Shown here one piece after another: positions 31,224 to 41,155 of a stretch of 64,000 nt of DNA. Numbering within the stretch: position 1 is the stretch's first letter; every line of letters starts with the position of its first letter. The stretch is taken from positions 1,984,001 through 2,048,000 of the forward strand of contig CBDFIQ010000002.1 in assembly GCA_965248195.1 (NCBI GenBank). Reading direction: 5' to 3'. A program made the translations under genes and the position numbers. Source of the DNA: Longimicrobiales bacterium (GTDB lineage Bacteria; Gemmatimonadota; Gemmatimonadetes; Longimicrobiales; Gaopeijiaceae). The notes beneath the pieces were generated by a model, which was not told the origin of the DNA, ran no database searches, and saw only the letters and a list, made by a program, of their open reading frames with translations.

Positions 31224-33925
31224 TCAGAACTCCCAGGTGAGCCCGAACGAGGGCAGAATGGGCAGGAGGGTCTCACCGATGTTCGGGATCACCCTCCCCG
31301 ACGGAAGCTCGACCTTGTAGTCGTAGGACCGCAGGTTCTCCCGATTGTAGAGGTTGAAGACGTCCAGGAAGGCGCTCAACGTGCCTCTGCCCACCTGGAA
31401 CGTCCGGGTCGCACGGATGTCCATGCGGTGGTAGGCCGGCAGTCTTTCGGCATTGATCGGGCCCGGCCGCTCGTTGACCAGCAGTTGAAGGCACGAGTCG
31501 TCGGTGCAGGATCGCCACCCGGGCGGGGGGGGGAGTCGGCCGGGAAAACCCCGAGCGTGTCGACCTGGAACTCCATCGGGGTGCTCGGCCACCCCGTGTG
31601 ATACTGCCAACCTGCGGAGAACTCCCAGGCGCTGTTCGGCCGGTAGTGCCAGCGCGTGTTGAACGTGTGGCGCTGGTCGAGCGTCCTCGGAATCCATCGA
31701 CCGTCCAGCTTGTCTTCGGCCCTCGCGAGCACGTAGCTCGCCGTCCAGTCGGCCTGGTTTCCGAGCGGTCCCGAAACGGTCAGCTCCAGTCCGTCCGCGC
31801 GCCCTTTCTCGGGAAGAAAACGGACCCTGTCGTTTCCCACCTCGGGGAACGGGATGATCTCTCGAATGACGTTGAGATAACGCGGCCGTGGATCGGAGAC
31901 CTTGCGATGGTACACCTCGGCCCTCACCTGCCACCCCCGGGCGAACCCATGTTCGATCCCCGCGGCAACCTGGTTCGCTCGTTCGGATGGGAAGAACAAC
32001 GTGTCCCCGTCCATGACGGACAGCTCATTCAAGCCGTGGGACTGGTAGTACGTCCCCCAGCTCGCCCGCAGCGTGGTATTCGTGGTCAATTCAAGGGCGG
32101 CCTGGATCCTCGGCGAGATGTCGGAGTCCGAGGTGTGCGTGCGGCGGTCGTAACGGCCCCCGAGCTCGAGGACCAGTCGGTCGTGGGGCTGGAGCCGGGT
32201 GGCGAGATAGGCGCCGGTCTCGGTGGATTCCGGCCGGAGGGAGACGCGGACGGAGTCGACGTCCATTCCCACCGTGCCGTCTCCTAAGTCGAACTCCTGG
32301 CCGATCTCGCTGCGATAGTTGTAGCGAGACTTCGAGAATCGAAGCTGGCCACCGAACTTGAGCACGACCCTGTCGGCAGCGGCCCAGCGCCAGTCCTGTT
32401 TCGCGGTCAAGAAGTCGAATGCGGCCCTGTCGCGCACTGTGACGGCATCCGCGATCTCCGAGGAGCCCGGTTCGAGATCGAACCCGCTGCGGTTTCGCGA
32501 AAGAGAGGCGAAGGAGAGCGTCGTCGAAGCATCCATCGACGGCGCGAGCTGCCAGCCCCAGTTGAGCCAGGCGTTCGCATTCCGCCAGTCCGTGAGCAAC
32601 TCGCCCTGTGACGCATTGTTGTTGAGCACGCTGAGGGCCCTGAGGTCGAGGTCGTCACCCGCGTAAAGCACGTGCGCAGAGAACCGATGGCGGGCACCGA
32701 CCAGCAGCTCGACCTTCCCAAATGCGTCGAAGTAGCGGGGTGAGAGGTCCTCATTGTCGTTCCCGTCCTGAGCCATCGCCAAGAGGATGTCCAGGAATCC
32801 CCGCCTACCCGAGACCATCCAGCCCCCCCGACCATCGTTGAAAGTCCCCTGTGAGCGTGCCGTGACATTGGAGATGCTGAACCCGATCGAGTTGCGTCTG
32901 CCCTCGCCGATCGGCTGACGTGTCCGCATGTCGAGTAGGCCGGTCATACGGTCTCCGTATTGTGTCGGGAGTCCTCCGGCGATGAGGTCCAGACTACCCA
33001 AAGTCCGCACGTCCACAATTCCCATGACCGCGTCCAGATCCTTCATATGGTACGGCTCGAAGAGCTCGACACCGTCGAGCATGATCATCAGCTCGTTGGC
33101 GTTGCCCCCGCGCACGTTCATCTTGGCCGAGATGTCGCCGGTTGCCACACCCGGGATGCGCTCCATCATTCGGAAGACGTCTTCACCGAGTTGGGGCAGC
33201 GCTTGCATCTCGTCCTGTGTGAGCGTCTGTCGCATCAACGTGGCCTCGTCGCCTCCGATCCCGAAGGTGCCCGGGGCGACGACGATCTCGGCGAGAGCGA
33301 GAGGATCTCGCATCAGGCGGAGATCCAGAATCGTGGGACGGTCCAGGGTGACTTCGGTGCGACGGACCCCTTCGCTACTGAATCCGAGGGCGTCCACGTC
33401 CAGCGTATAAACTCCAGGTGGCACGGACGGGATGAGAAAGCGACCGTCGGGGTCCGTCAGCGTCGCGAGACGCAACTCGCGCACCGCCACCCGGGCCACA
33501 GCGATTGGATCGCCCGATTCGACTTCACGCACGAACCCCCCGACGATTCCGGTGGTACGCACGGGGGCTTCGGGCTCGTCCGCGCGTGTGACCAGGATCT
33601 GGTTGCGGCGCCCTGTGAAGATCAACCCCGTGCCCTCGAGAACGGTTTCGAGGGCCTCCTGTACCGTCTTGTCGATGCAGGAACAGGACACTCTGAGATT
33701 TGCTGGTATCGACTCGGAGCTGAAGGCGATCGGTACGGCGGAGCGGGCCTGCAGCCGCCTGAGGGCATCGATGATCGACACCCCCTCCACCTCCAGGTTC
33801 GCTCTCCGGGCCAGCAGTTCGGCGTCTCCACCGTTCTGAGCTCCGGCACCGGACGAGGATCCGCCCAGCGCGAACACCACCACAACTGCCACTAGGCCAC
33901 AGGCCCGACTCCTCAACCGTATCAT
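31224..33925 (-). pseudogene. TonB-dependent receptor with N-terminal signalling domain, frameshifted at a C9 tract near the 3' end
   Basis: Main ORF from 33925 (STN-like domain, carboxypeptidase-regulatory-like domain, plug NVRGG..DGVELFEPYH); typical C-terminus (RLPAYHRMD...NLYNREN...PSFGLTWEF) lies in another frame; the switch is at G9 31525-31533. Confidence 0.85.
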
Positions 33926-34003
33926 ATTCACCTCCCAGTTACCCCCATCATCCCTTGATATCCCCTCGTCATCTCGACTCCTGCTGTCCAACAACCGGGT
34001 CTC

Positions 34004-34990
34004 CTAGCCACCGATGATCACTCCGGCCGCGTCGACGTCACACTCCGCCTGCACCAACAGACAGATGGACTCGACCACCTCTGCGAGGCTTTCGTCCCCG
34101 AACCAGGCCGTGACGGTGCGGGCGCTCAGGGCGGCATCTTCCAGCTCGATGCTCACTCCGAAGTGGGCCGATACCTCCTCCACGACCTGGCGGAGGGGCG
34201 TGCTCTGGAAGAGCAGGACGCCCCCCGGCCAATCCAAAAGATCGTACACGTTCTCGACCGTCTCGACGCTGAAGTCGCCGTTGGTCCCCAAGCGGGCGAC
34301 CTGCCCACCGGACACTTCGGCTGCGCGCCCGCTCGTGGCGGTGACGGCTACCCGCCCCTCCACCACGATCAACCTCAACTCCGTGGTGCCACTCGCCACC
34401 TCGAATCGTGTTCCCAACACTCGCGCCTCGCCGAGGTCGGTGTGGATCAGAAAGGGCCGCTCGGCGTCGGATTCCACTGCGAAGAAGCCGCGCCCGCTCA
34501 GCCAGGCCTCTCTGAGCTCGGCCCGCTCTGCGAAGCGCAGGCGACTCCCCGGGGCGAGGCGGACGAAGCTTCCATCGACGAGAGCCACGGTTGACGCCGC
34601 CGCGCTCAGCGCGGCGTATTCCGTACCGATGACCTCCTCTGGGGCGGGGCCCAGCCGACCGATCCACACTCCCAGACTCACGGCGGCGATCACCGCCGCA
34701 GCGGCCCAAGGCCGAATCTCCTTGCGCCCGAGTCCCCGGGCGAAGCGGAGACGTACGTCTTGTCGCCCGAGCGCGTCCCCCTGGCTCACGATGGTCTCGA
34801 GCGAGGGCGGGGGCGGAGGCGACTCAACATCGTTCGCCGGGGCGGTAGTCCCGGTCCAATCCCAGATGGCCGAGACCTCCCTGAAGTGCTGCTCGTTCTG
34901 AGAAGACTCGGAACGCCAGCTCGCCAAGCGTCGCTCTTCGATCGGCTCGGCTTTTCCGCTCAGGACCCGGATGATGATGATGTCGTCCAT
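34004..34990 (-). CDS. FecR family anti-sigma / membrane sensor
   Basis: N-terminal W..W helices, TM segment, LVDGSFVRL, GRGFFAV, RPF, VLGTRFEV, VVEGRVAV, F..TPL motifs. Confidence 0.92.
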   Translation of the reverse strand: MDDIIIIRVLSGKAEPIEERRLASWRSESSQNEQHFREVSAIWDWTGTTAPANDVESPPPPPSLETIVSQGDALGRQDVRLRFARGLGRKEIRPWAAAAVIAAVSLGVWIGRLGPAPEEVIGTEYAALSAAASTVALVDGSFVRLAPGSRLRFAERAELREAWLSGRGFFAVESDAERPFLIHTDLGEARVLGTRFEVASGTTELRLIVVEGRVAVTATSGRAAEVSGGQVARLGTNGDFSVETVENVYDLLDWPGGVLLFQSTPLRQVVEEVSAHFGVSIELEDAALSARTVTAWFGDESLAEVVESICLLVQAECDVDAAGVIIGG

Positions 34991-35038
34991 AGTTATCCTC
35001 CGCGCCTAGTGGCCGGATGTATTCGGTGAAGGCACGTC

Positions 35039-35635
35039 CTATGCTCCGCCTTCATTGCTGGTGCGATCGTCGTCCTGGGCCTCGGCCTCCACAGCCGGCT
35101 CCGGCAGGAAGGGCCGAAGCATGACTCTCAGATCGCTGAGGGCCAGGCTCATGTGGTTGGCCACCGTCTGTCTCGATATTTCCATGATCTCGGCAATTTC
35201 TTCGTATGAGAACCCACCCTCACGAACCAACCTGAAGATCTCCCGGCGACGCGGAGGGAGAGCCCGTACAGCCTTGGAGACCGCCTGCTTCAGCTCGGAC
35301 AGCTCGACGTCCCGATCGGGAGCGCCTTCACCGGCGAGCATGTCGGGGTCCTCCTGTTGGGCCGCATGGCGGGGCGACTTGAGCACGTCCAGTGCCGCGT
35401 TCCTGGCGATGCGGTGAATCAAAGCTCCCAACGAGCCGCCGCTCGACCACTTCTTCCTCCGAGCCCAGAGGCGTACGAAAACGTCCTGGGCCACGTCCTC
35501 GGCCTTGTCCCAACTTCCCAGCATCCCGAAAACGTAGCGCACGACCGGCGTCCAATGCTGAGCCAGGAGCGCCGACATGGCCTGTTCGTCCCCCGCTTGG
35601 AGGCGTCGCATGAGTGTTGGGTCGTCGTGTGTCAT
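35039..35635 (-). CDS. ECF RNA polymerase sigma-70 factor (FecI-like)
   Basis: AEDVAQDVFVRLW (region 2); LPPRRREIFRL..SYEEIAEIMEISRQTV (region 4); adjacent to FecR. Confidence 0.93.
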   Translation of the reverse strand: MTHDDPTLMRRLQAGDEQAMSALLAQHWTPVVRYVFGMLGSWDKAEDVAQDVFVRLWARRKKWSSGGSLGALIHRIARNAALDVLKSPRHAAQQEDPDMLAGEGAPDRDVELSELKQAVSKAVRALPPRRREIFRLVREGGFSYEEIAEIMEISRQTVANHMSLALSDLRVMLRPFLPEPAVEAEAQDDDRTSNEGGA

Positions 35636-36384
35636 CACATGGTCAACGACTGAGGCCACCGATAGTACCAATGGCGCTCGTCCATGATCGGCGTGACCCC
35701 GCGAAGAGCGGGCTCAGCTGACAATCCGGGCTCCACTGACAATACCGCTGAGGGGGCCCCACGGACATCGGATTGGTAGTCGTCGGGAGCGCAATCGTTA
35801 GCAGGTATATGACTACGCGCACGGGCTCGGTGAGCCAGGCGTATACGGAAAGTGTCTTTCCCAAGTCGGGAGCTGAACGGGACACACCATTTTCCATGGG
35901 GGACGGAATCGTGAAGACGGAGAAACAGAACCGGCGCTGGGCGGTACTCGCCAGCACCGTAATGGCAGTGGGCGCCTGTGACTCGCCGGTGGGCGTCGGC
36001 GACAACAGTCGCATCGACGTGTTCGGCTCGGGGACGGTCGTCACGGAGGCCCGCACGGTGGGGAGCTTCACCGGCGTCCACGCCAGTCGTGGGCACACGG
36101 TCGTGGTAGAACAAGCGGAGGTCGAGGGAGTCGTGATCACCACCGACGACAATCTGCTCGCTTTCGTCGACACCGACGTCATCGACGGCACGCTCGTGGT
36201 TACCGTGGATGAGGACGTGGAACTGCACCCGACCGAGCCACTCGTCGTGCGGATTCAGGCAGGCGAGCTGTCGACACTGATCGCGGACGGAGTCACCTCC
36301 CTCGACGCCGACATCGGATCGGTGCCCAAGTTGAGCGTCCACGTCAGCGGCGTCTCGCAGGTGCGTGTGACCGGATCGGCGGAG

Positions 36385-37760
36385 GGTCAAGTCCCGATTT
36401 GTGTGTAAAAGCGGAGGAAGCTCCTCGCCTTCGGCTAGGCTGCTTGGGCGACCTCCTGTTTCTGGAGGAGTGAGAGGTCGAGGTAACGCCGGTCGCCCCA
36501 GACGTGTGTGGTCCTGAGTGCGACGGCCGTGATGAGCCTGAGGGCGCTGGCCCGGTCCGGGAAGGCGCCGGCGGCCTTGATCCTGCGTTTGATCTCGCCG
36601 TGCAGCCGCTCGAGGCTGTTGGTGGTACGCAGCCGGGGCCAGTGCGCCTCGGGGAACGCGTAGAACTGCGTCGCTGCCCCGAAGCCCCGCTCCAGGACCT
36701 CCACGGCCTCGGGCAGCTCCTTCTTCCAGCGTGCGCCGAACTCGCCCAGGAGCTTCTTCGCCTCGGCGAGTCCGGATGTCTGGAAGATCACCGAGACCTC
36801 ACGCGCCACGCGCTTGCGTAGGCGGTGGGGGACCCTCGCCCCCACATTACGCTGCAGATGGACCGTACACCTCTGACGGCGTGCCTCGGGCAGGAAGCGG
36901 CGGACCGCAGCTGCCAGGCCTGCGTGCTCATCGGCGATCACGAGCTCGACACCGCCGAGGCCGCGGTCCTGGAGTTGCTCGAGGAGCTCCGACCAGCTCT
37001 GCTGCGACTCCTCAGCGCCCAGCGTGACGGCCAGGAGCCGTCGGTGACCCTCAGGGCCCACTGCATACGCCACGAGCGCACTCACGTTCTCGACTTTGCG
37101 GGCCCAGCGGGCGTCCAAGAACGTGGCGTCCAGGTACAGATAGGGGTGAGGCCCCTCGATCGGCGCACGGCGCAGCCCTTCCACGGCCTCGTCGAGCCGT
37201 TTTGCCACACGACTCACCGTCGAGCGCCCAACACGCTCGCCCATCAGCGCCTCGGTGACGTCGCCCATCTTGCGCTGTGACACGCCGCTCACATACGCCT
37301 CGACCATCATCTCGTCGAGCTCGGGGCTCCTGCGCTGGTAGCGGCCGATCACGTCGGCCGGCGAACCGTTGTCCCGGCTCCGGGGCATGGCGACCTCGAT
37401 CTGCCCCAGGCTCGTCAGCAGCCGCCTCAGGTATGTGCCGTTCCTATGGTCCTTCCGGCTTCCCACCCGCTCGAAGCGGCGTGCACCTACCATGGCCTTC
37501 AGCTCCTCTTCCAGCACCATCTCGAGCGTCAGCCGGATCGCGCCTTGAAACAGCTCGCGCAAATCATCGCGTAGCTCGTCTTGCGTGGCCCGACCGATCT
37601 CCACAATCTCTTGCATCGGAAGCTCCTCTCCGGTTCCGAGCCTGCTCTGCAGACCCGGACTCCCGGGTTCATGTGACAGTGAACAACAACAGAGGAGCTT
37701 CCGTTTTTCTTTCCCTCCTGTCCAGCTTATCCGCTTTTACACAAATCTAGGGACACTACC
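36385..37760 (-). mobile_element. IS256 family element, copy 1 (1376 bp) with 9-bp TSD TCGGCGGAG
   Basis: Imperfect terminal IRs (GGTCAAGTCCCGATTTGTGTGTAAAAGCGGA / GGTAGTGTCCCTAGATTTGTGTAAAAGCGGA); TSD at 36376-36384 and 37761-37769. Confidence 0.95.
36435..37616 (-). CDS. IS256 family transposase
   Basis: RNG...R, YLYLDA, IADEHAGL, QRCTVH, RTTNSLERLHGEIKRR Mutator-type DDE motifs. Confidence 0.96.
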   Translation of the reverse strand: MQEIVEIGRATQDELRDDLRELFQGAIRLTLEMVLEEELKAMVGARRFERVGSRKDHRNGTYLRRLLTSLGQIEVAMPRSRDNGSPADVIGRYQRRSPELDEMMVEAYVSGVSQRKMGDVTEALMGERVGRSTVSRVAKRLDEAVEGLRRAPIEGPHPYLYLDATFLDARWARKVENVSALVAYAVGPEGHRRLLAVTLGAEESQQSWSELLEQLQDRGLGGVELVIADEHAGLAAAVRRFLPEARRQRCTVHLQRNVGARVPHRLRKRVAREVSVIFQTSGLAEAKKLLGEFGARWKKELPEAVEVLERGFGAATQFYAFPEAHWPRLRTTNSLERLHGEIKRRIKAAGAFPDRASALRLITAVALRTTHVWGDRRYLDLSLLQKQEVAQAA

Positions 37761-38101
37761 TCGGCGGAGCGGCAGGTTCTCCAGATCAGTGGTGTCAGCG
37801 TGTACCACGGGCTCGGTGTCGAGAGCAACGAAGCCGTGGTCACGGCGTCCGGCGTGAGCGTGGCCGACCTCTGGGTGCACGACCGACTCGAGGTGGATGG
37901 GAGCGGTGTGTCCACCGTCCGCTATCGCGGGCGCCCGAGCGTGATCGCACGGGTTACAGGAGCATCGAGGGTGGTGCCGGTTCCCTGAGGCGAAGCTCCT
38001 AGCTAGGAGGAATGACGGGGACTGCGCCTAGCACCTACCCATAACCCATAACGTTCAGCTCCGGAACCTGTCAACGACAATGGGACACTCTACGGGATTA
38101 A

Positions 38102-39109
38102 TTAGAGAGCAATATCCTGTGTGGTGAGGGAAGGGATGGGAGGATTGATGTAGACGGCCTCCGGGAGCGGTTTGGGCTTCGGCACACCTGTGACGAAGCG
38201 TTCGGGATGAGCGGCCCATGCTTCGCGGAGCACGGATTTCCTGCCGGCAATGACCTGATCGGCGTTCCCGAAGTGGACCTGCTCGGGGGTTAGCATCGAG
38301 ATACCGCCATGGCGGTGCTCGGCATTGTACCAGCGGAAGAACGATCGACACAACGTCTTGGCCTGGCCCTGATCCCCGAACCGCCCGGGAAACGAGGGAT
38401 GGTACTTCAAGGTTTTGAACTGAGCCTCGGAAAACGGGTTGTCATCCGACACCTGAGGCCGGCTCAACGAGCGAGTCACGCCGAGGTCAGCGAGAAGTTG
38501 AGCGGTGCATTGGCTCGTCATTGGAGCTCCCCGATCCGAGTGCAGGGTCAGGACCCGGGGCTGGACGCCATGCTTCAGGCAGCTCTGCTGGATCAACCGG
38601 CCGGCCAGGGCCGAGTTCTCCCGGTCCGCCACCATCCAGCCCACGACGTAGCGGCTGTAGATGTCCATGATGACGTAGAGGTAGTAATAGCTCCACTTCT
38701 TCGGCCCGAGTAGCCGCGTGATATCCCAGGACCACACCTGGTTCGGCGCCGTGGCCATCAACTCGGGCTTCTTGTACTCGGGATGGGTGCGCTGCGCCCG
38801 GCGTTCCTGAACCGGCACCTCGGAGGCCAGAACACGATACATCGTGCGTTCGCTGCACAGGTAGACCTCTTCGTCGAGCAGCGTGGCCACCACCTCGGCG
38901 GGTGAGCGGTCCACGAACCGCTCCGAACACAGCGTGTCGAAGACCTCGCCTCGTTCCGTCTCGCTCAATGCCCGGGCGGGCGTCGGGCGGGGCTGCCGTT
39001 GCCCGGTCGATGGGCCTCGACGACGGTAGAACGTCGATCGGGAGACCTCGAGAGCCGCGCACGCCGGTTTTACACCGACGTGCTTAGCCAGCTCATCGGC
39101 CGCCTTCAA
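38102..39109 (-). CDS. IS3 family transposase OrfB (integrase core)
   Basis: PNQVWSWDIT, DIYSRYVVGW, LHSDRG, DNPFSEAQFKTLKY, WYN.EHRH motifs. Confidence 0.94.
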   Translation of the reverse strand: MKAADELAKHVGVKPACAALEVSRSTFYRRRGPSTGQRQPRPTPARALSETERGEVFDTLCSERFVDRSPAEVVATLLDEEVYLCSERTMYRVLASEVPVQERRAQRTHPEYKKPELMATAPNQVWSWDITRLLGPKKWSYYYLYVIMDIYSRYVVGWMVADRENSALAGRLIQQSCLKHGVQPRVLTLHSDRGAPMTSQCTAQLLADLGVTRSLSRPQVSDDNPFSEAQFKTLKYHPSFPGRFGDQGQAKTLCRSFFRWYNAEHRHGGISMLTPEQVHFGNADQVIAGRKSVLREAWAAHPERFVTGVPKPKPLPEAVYINPPIPSLTTQDIAL

Positions 39110-39555
39110 GAGTTCGTCCCGTCGTCGAGGCTTATCCCCAGCAGCCCCGCAACTTTTCCCTGCACGTCGATGATCAGGTGTGCCTTCCTGAGCTCATTCT
39201 CGAGCCGTGCGTTTTGCCGCTCCAGCTTGCGTACCTTCTCATCCAGCGGATTCCGCTCCGGCTTGCGGCCGCGTTTCTTCGACAGGGCCTTCAGCGACCC
39301 GCTATGCGCCGCCTTGCGCCACGTCGTCAGGTGCGACGAGTACAGGCCCTCGCGCCGCAGGAGCTGACCCACCTCGCCGGGCTCGGTGCACCGGTCCGCT
39401 TCTTCGACGATCCGCAGCTTGTACGATGGACTGAACCGCCGGCGTAGCGGCCTATCTACTACCTCCGGGTCCGCAGGAGCTGCCGCGCTTCGCTTGGCCT
39501 CCCCGATTCCAGGGGCACTACCATTCTCTTCCATTCTCTCTCGCAGTCCCAACAT
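39106..39555 (-). CDS. IS3 family transposase OrfA (HTH plus coiled coil)
   Basis: RRRFSPSYKLRIVEE, LLRREGLYSSHLTTWR; TTGA overlap with OrfB. Confidence 0.9.
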   Translation of the reverse strand: MLGLRERMEENGSAPGIGEAKRSAAAPADPEVVDRPLRRRFSPSYKLRIVEEADRCTEPGEVGQLLRREGLYSSHLTTWRKAAHSGSLKALSKKRGRKPERNPLDEKVRKLERQNARLENELRKAHLIIDVQGKVAGLLGISLDDGTNS

Positions 39556-39988
39556 GTTCGTTTTCTCTGCCTTCGCCCTACTCTAATTCTTTGCGTGCTC
39601 CGTGTCTCACGTACGTTGGCAGAGAGGGCTCCGGCACACGCGCAAAGTACTTTTCATTCCGCGTGACTACAGGCATTCCGAAAGCCAGAGCCGTCGCGGC
39701 AATCCAGAGGTCGTTCGCGTCGATCAGCAGGCCGTTTTCTCTCAGGTATCGATACAGGCGACCGTAGCGCCACGAAACCTCGGCCGTACATGGGATCACC
39801 TCTTCAGACTCAAGTACTTCCCGTTCCTTGCCGGGCTCTACCCGGTTCGTACCCGTCCGTCTGGTGAACGCGAGTCCGAGCGTCGATCGAGACGGTGTCA
39901 GGCGTCACTCGAGACGGGGTCAGGGGACCGTTGGCGTGTGCTTCGGTGTTCACGGATGAGCCGACGGTCCCGACACAAATAAGCGAGG

Positions 39989-41122
39989 GTGACGATGCGA
40001 GCCGAAACTACCCATGGGGTGGCCCTGACTTTAATCGTTGTGCTGTCCGCAGCTTGCTCTGCCCCCACCGAGGGAACCGGGCAGACCACCAATGACGATC
40101 CACAGGCCTTCGTGCAGGTGCCTCAGGGTTTTGTGGTGTCGATCTTCGCCGAAGGGCTGTCGGGCGTCCGCATGCTCGAGCTGGGTCCCGATGACCGACT
40201 CTATGCCGTGCGCTCATCGGCCGGGGAGGTCGTTCGCTTCGATCTCAACGCGGATGGAACCGCCGATGGCGGTCCGGCGGTCGTCGTGTCGGGACTCGCT
40301 CAGCCCTTCGGGCTTGGGTTCCGCGACGGAGACCTCTACGTCGGCGAGACCCACCAGGTCATCCGCTTGGCGGGGCCGGGGTTCACGCAAGAGACGGTCA
40401 TCGTGCCGGGGCTTCCCACGGGAGGGCACTGGACCCGGGAGATCGAGTTCGGTCCCGACGGTCAGCTGTACGTTTCGGTGGGTTCGAGCTGCAACCTCTG
40501 CGAGGAGGGTGACGCACGCCGCGCTGCTGTCGTACGCTACGCACCTGACGGGTCCGGCGAAGAGATCGTCGGCGCGGGACTTCGGAACACCGTCGGGTTG
40601 GCGTTTCACCCTGAGACCGGGGCGCTTTGGGCGAGTCAGAACGAGCGAGACCGTCTCGGGGACGACGTTCCCGCCGAGGAGCTGAACATCCTGACGCTGG
40701 GCGGCGCCGTCGAGCACTTCGGATGGCCGTACTGTTACGAGAACCGTGTACCGAATCCCGAATACGCGGACGTGCAGCGGTGTGTGAACACCGTAACCCC
40801 GGCGTTGGAGATGCAGGCGCACTCCGCGCCGCTCGGCATGGTCTTCTATGACGGGGACCAGTTTCCGGCGGAGTACCGGGGCGACCTGTTCCTCGCCTTC
40901 CATGGCTCCTGGAATCGCTCCGAGCCGACGGGATACAAGGTCGTGAGGGTCCGGGTCCAGAATGGCCAGCCGGTCTCATACGAGGACTTCGCGGCCGGCT
41001 GGCTTACCGCGGGTGGGGCCGTGCTGGGTCGACCGGTGGCGGTCGAGGTCGGGCCTGATGGGAGCCTGTACGTGTCGGATGATGGGGCGGGTCGCATTTG
41101 GCGGGTGCGCTGGGTGGGGTAG
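39989..41122 (+). CDS. PQQ-dependent sugar (sorbosone/glucose) dehydrogenase family lipoprotein
   Basis: Lipobox-like SAAC; GHWTR, GSSCN.C, GLRNTVG, FGWPYCY, AHSAPLG, FHGSWNR, GRPV..GPDGSLYVSDD motifs. Confidence 0.88.
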   Translation: MTMRAETTHGVALTLIVVLSAACSAPTEGTGQTTNDDPQAFVQVPQGFVVSIFAEGLSGVRMLELGPDDRLYAVRSSAGEVVRFDLNADGTADGGPAVVVSGLAQPFGLGFRDGDLYVGETHQVIRLAGPGFTQETVIVPGLPTGGHWTREIEFGPDGQLYVSVGSSCNLCEEGDARRAAVVRYAPDGSGEEIVGAGLRNTVGLAFHPETGALWASQNERDRLGDDVPAEELNILTLGGAVEHFGWPYCYENRVPNPEYADVQRCVNTVTPALEMQAHSAPLGMVFYDGDQFPAEYRGDLFLAFHGSWNRSEPTGYKVVRVRVQNGQPVSYEDFAAGWLTAGGAVLGRPVAVEVGPDGSLYVSDDGAGRIWRVRWVG

Positions 41123-41155
41123 TCCCCCGGAAAATGAGAGGAGCCGCTCGGACCC

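Larger units (their letters stand above)
35896..37988 (+). pseudogene. GIN-domain (DUF2807-like, adhesin head) lipoprotein interrupted by IS256
   Basis: Lipobox VGAC; GSG.VVTE.R.VGSF, DDNLL, repeated SGVS; removing the IS and one TSD restores ...VRVTGSAE-RQVLQISGVSVY...YRGRP... in frame. Confidence 0.85.
38065..39627 (-). mobile_element. IS3 family element (~1.56 kb; exact ends uncertain by a few bp)
   Basis: orfA/orfB; imperfect subterminal IRs (GTGTCyCA....CGTTGrCAG); GCTCCGG at both flanks (38058-38064, 39628-39634). Confidence 0.88.
38035..39799 (-). pseudogene. vapC: VapC/PIN-domain toxin remnant (no N-terminus; C-terminus split by IS3-family element)
   Basis: G..IDANDLWIAATALAFGMPVVTRNEKYFARVP continues across the IS as ELNVMGYG-stop (38064-38035). 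Confidence 0.8.
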
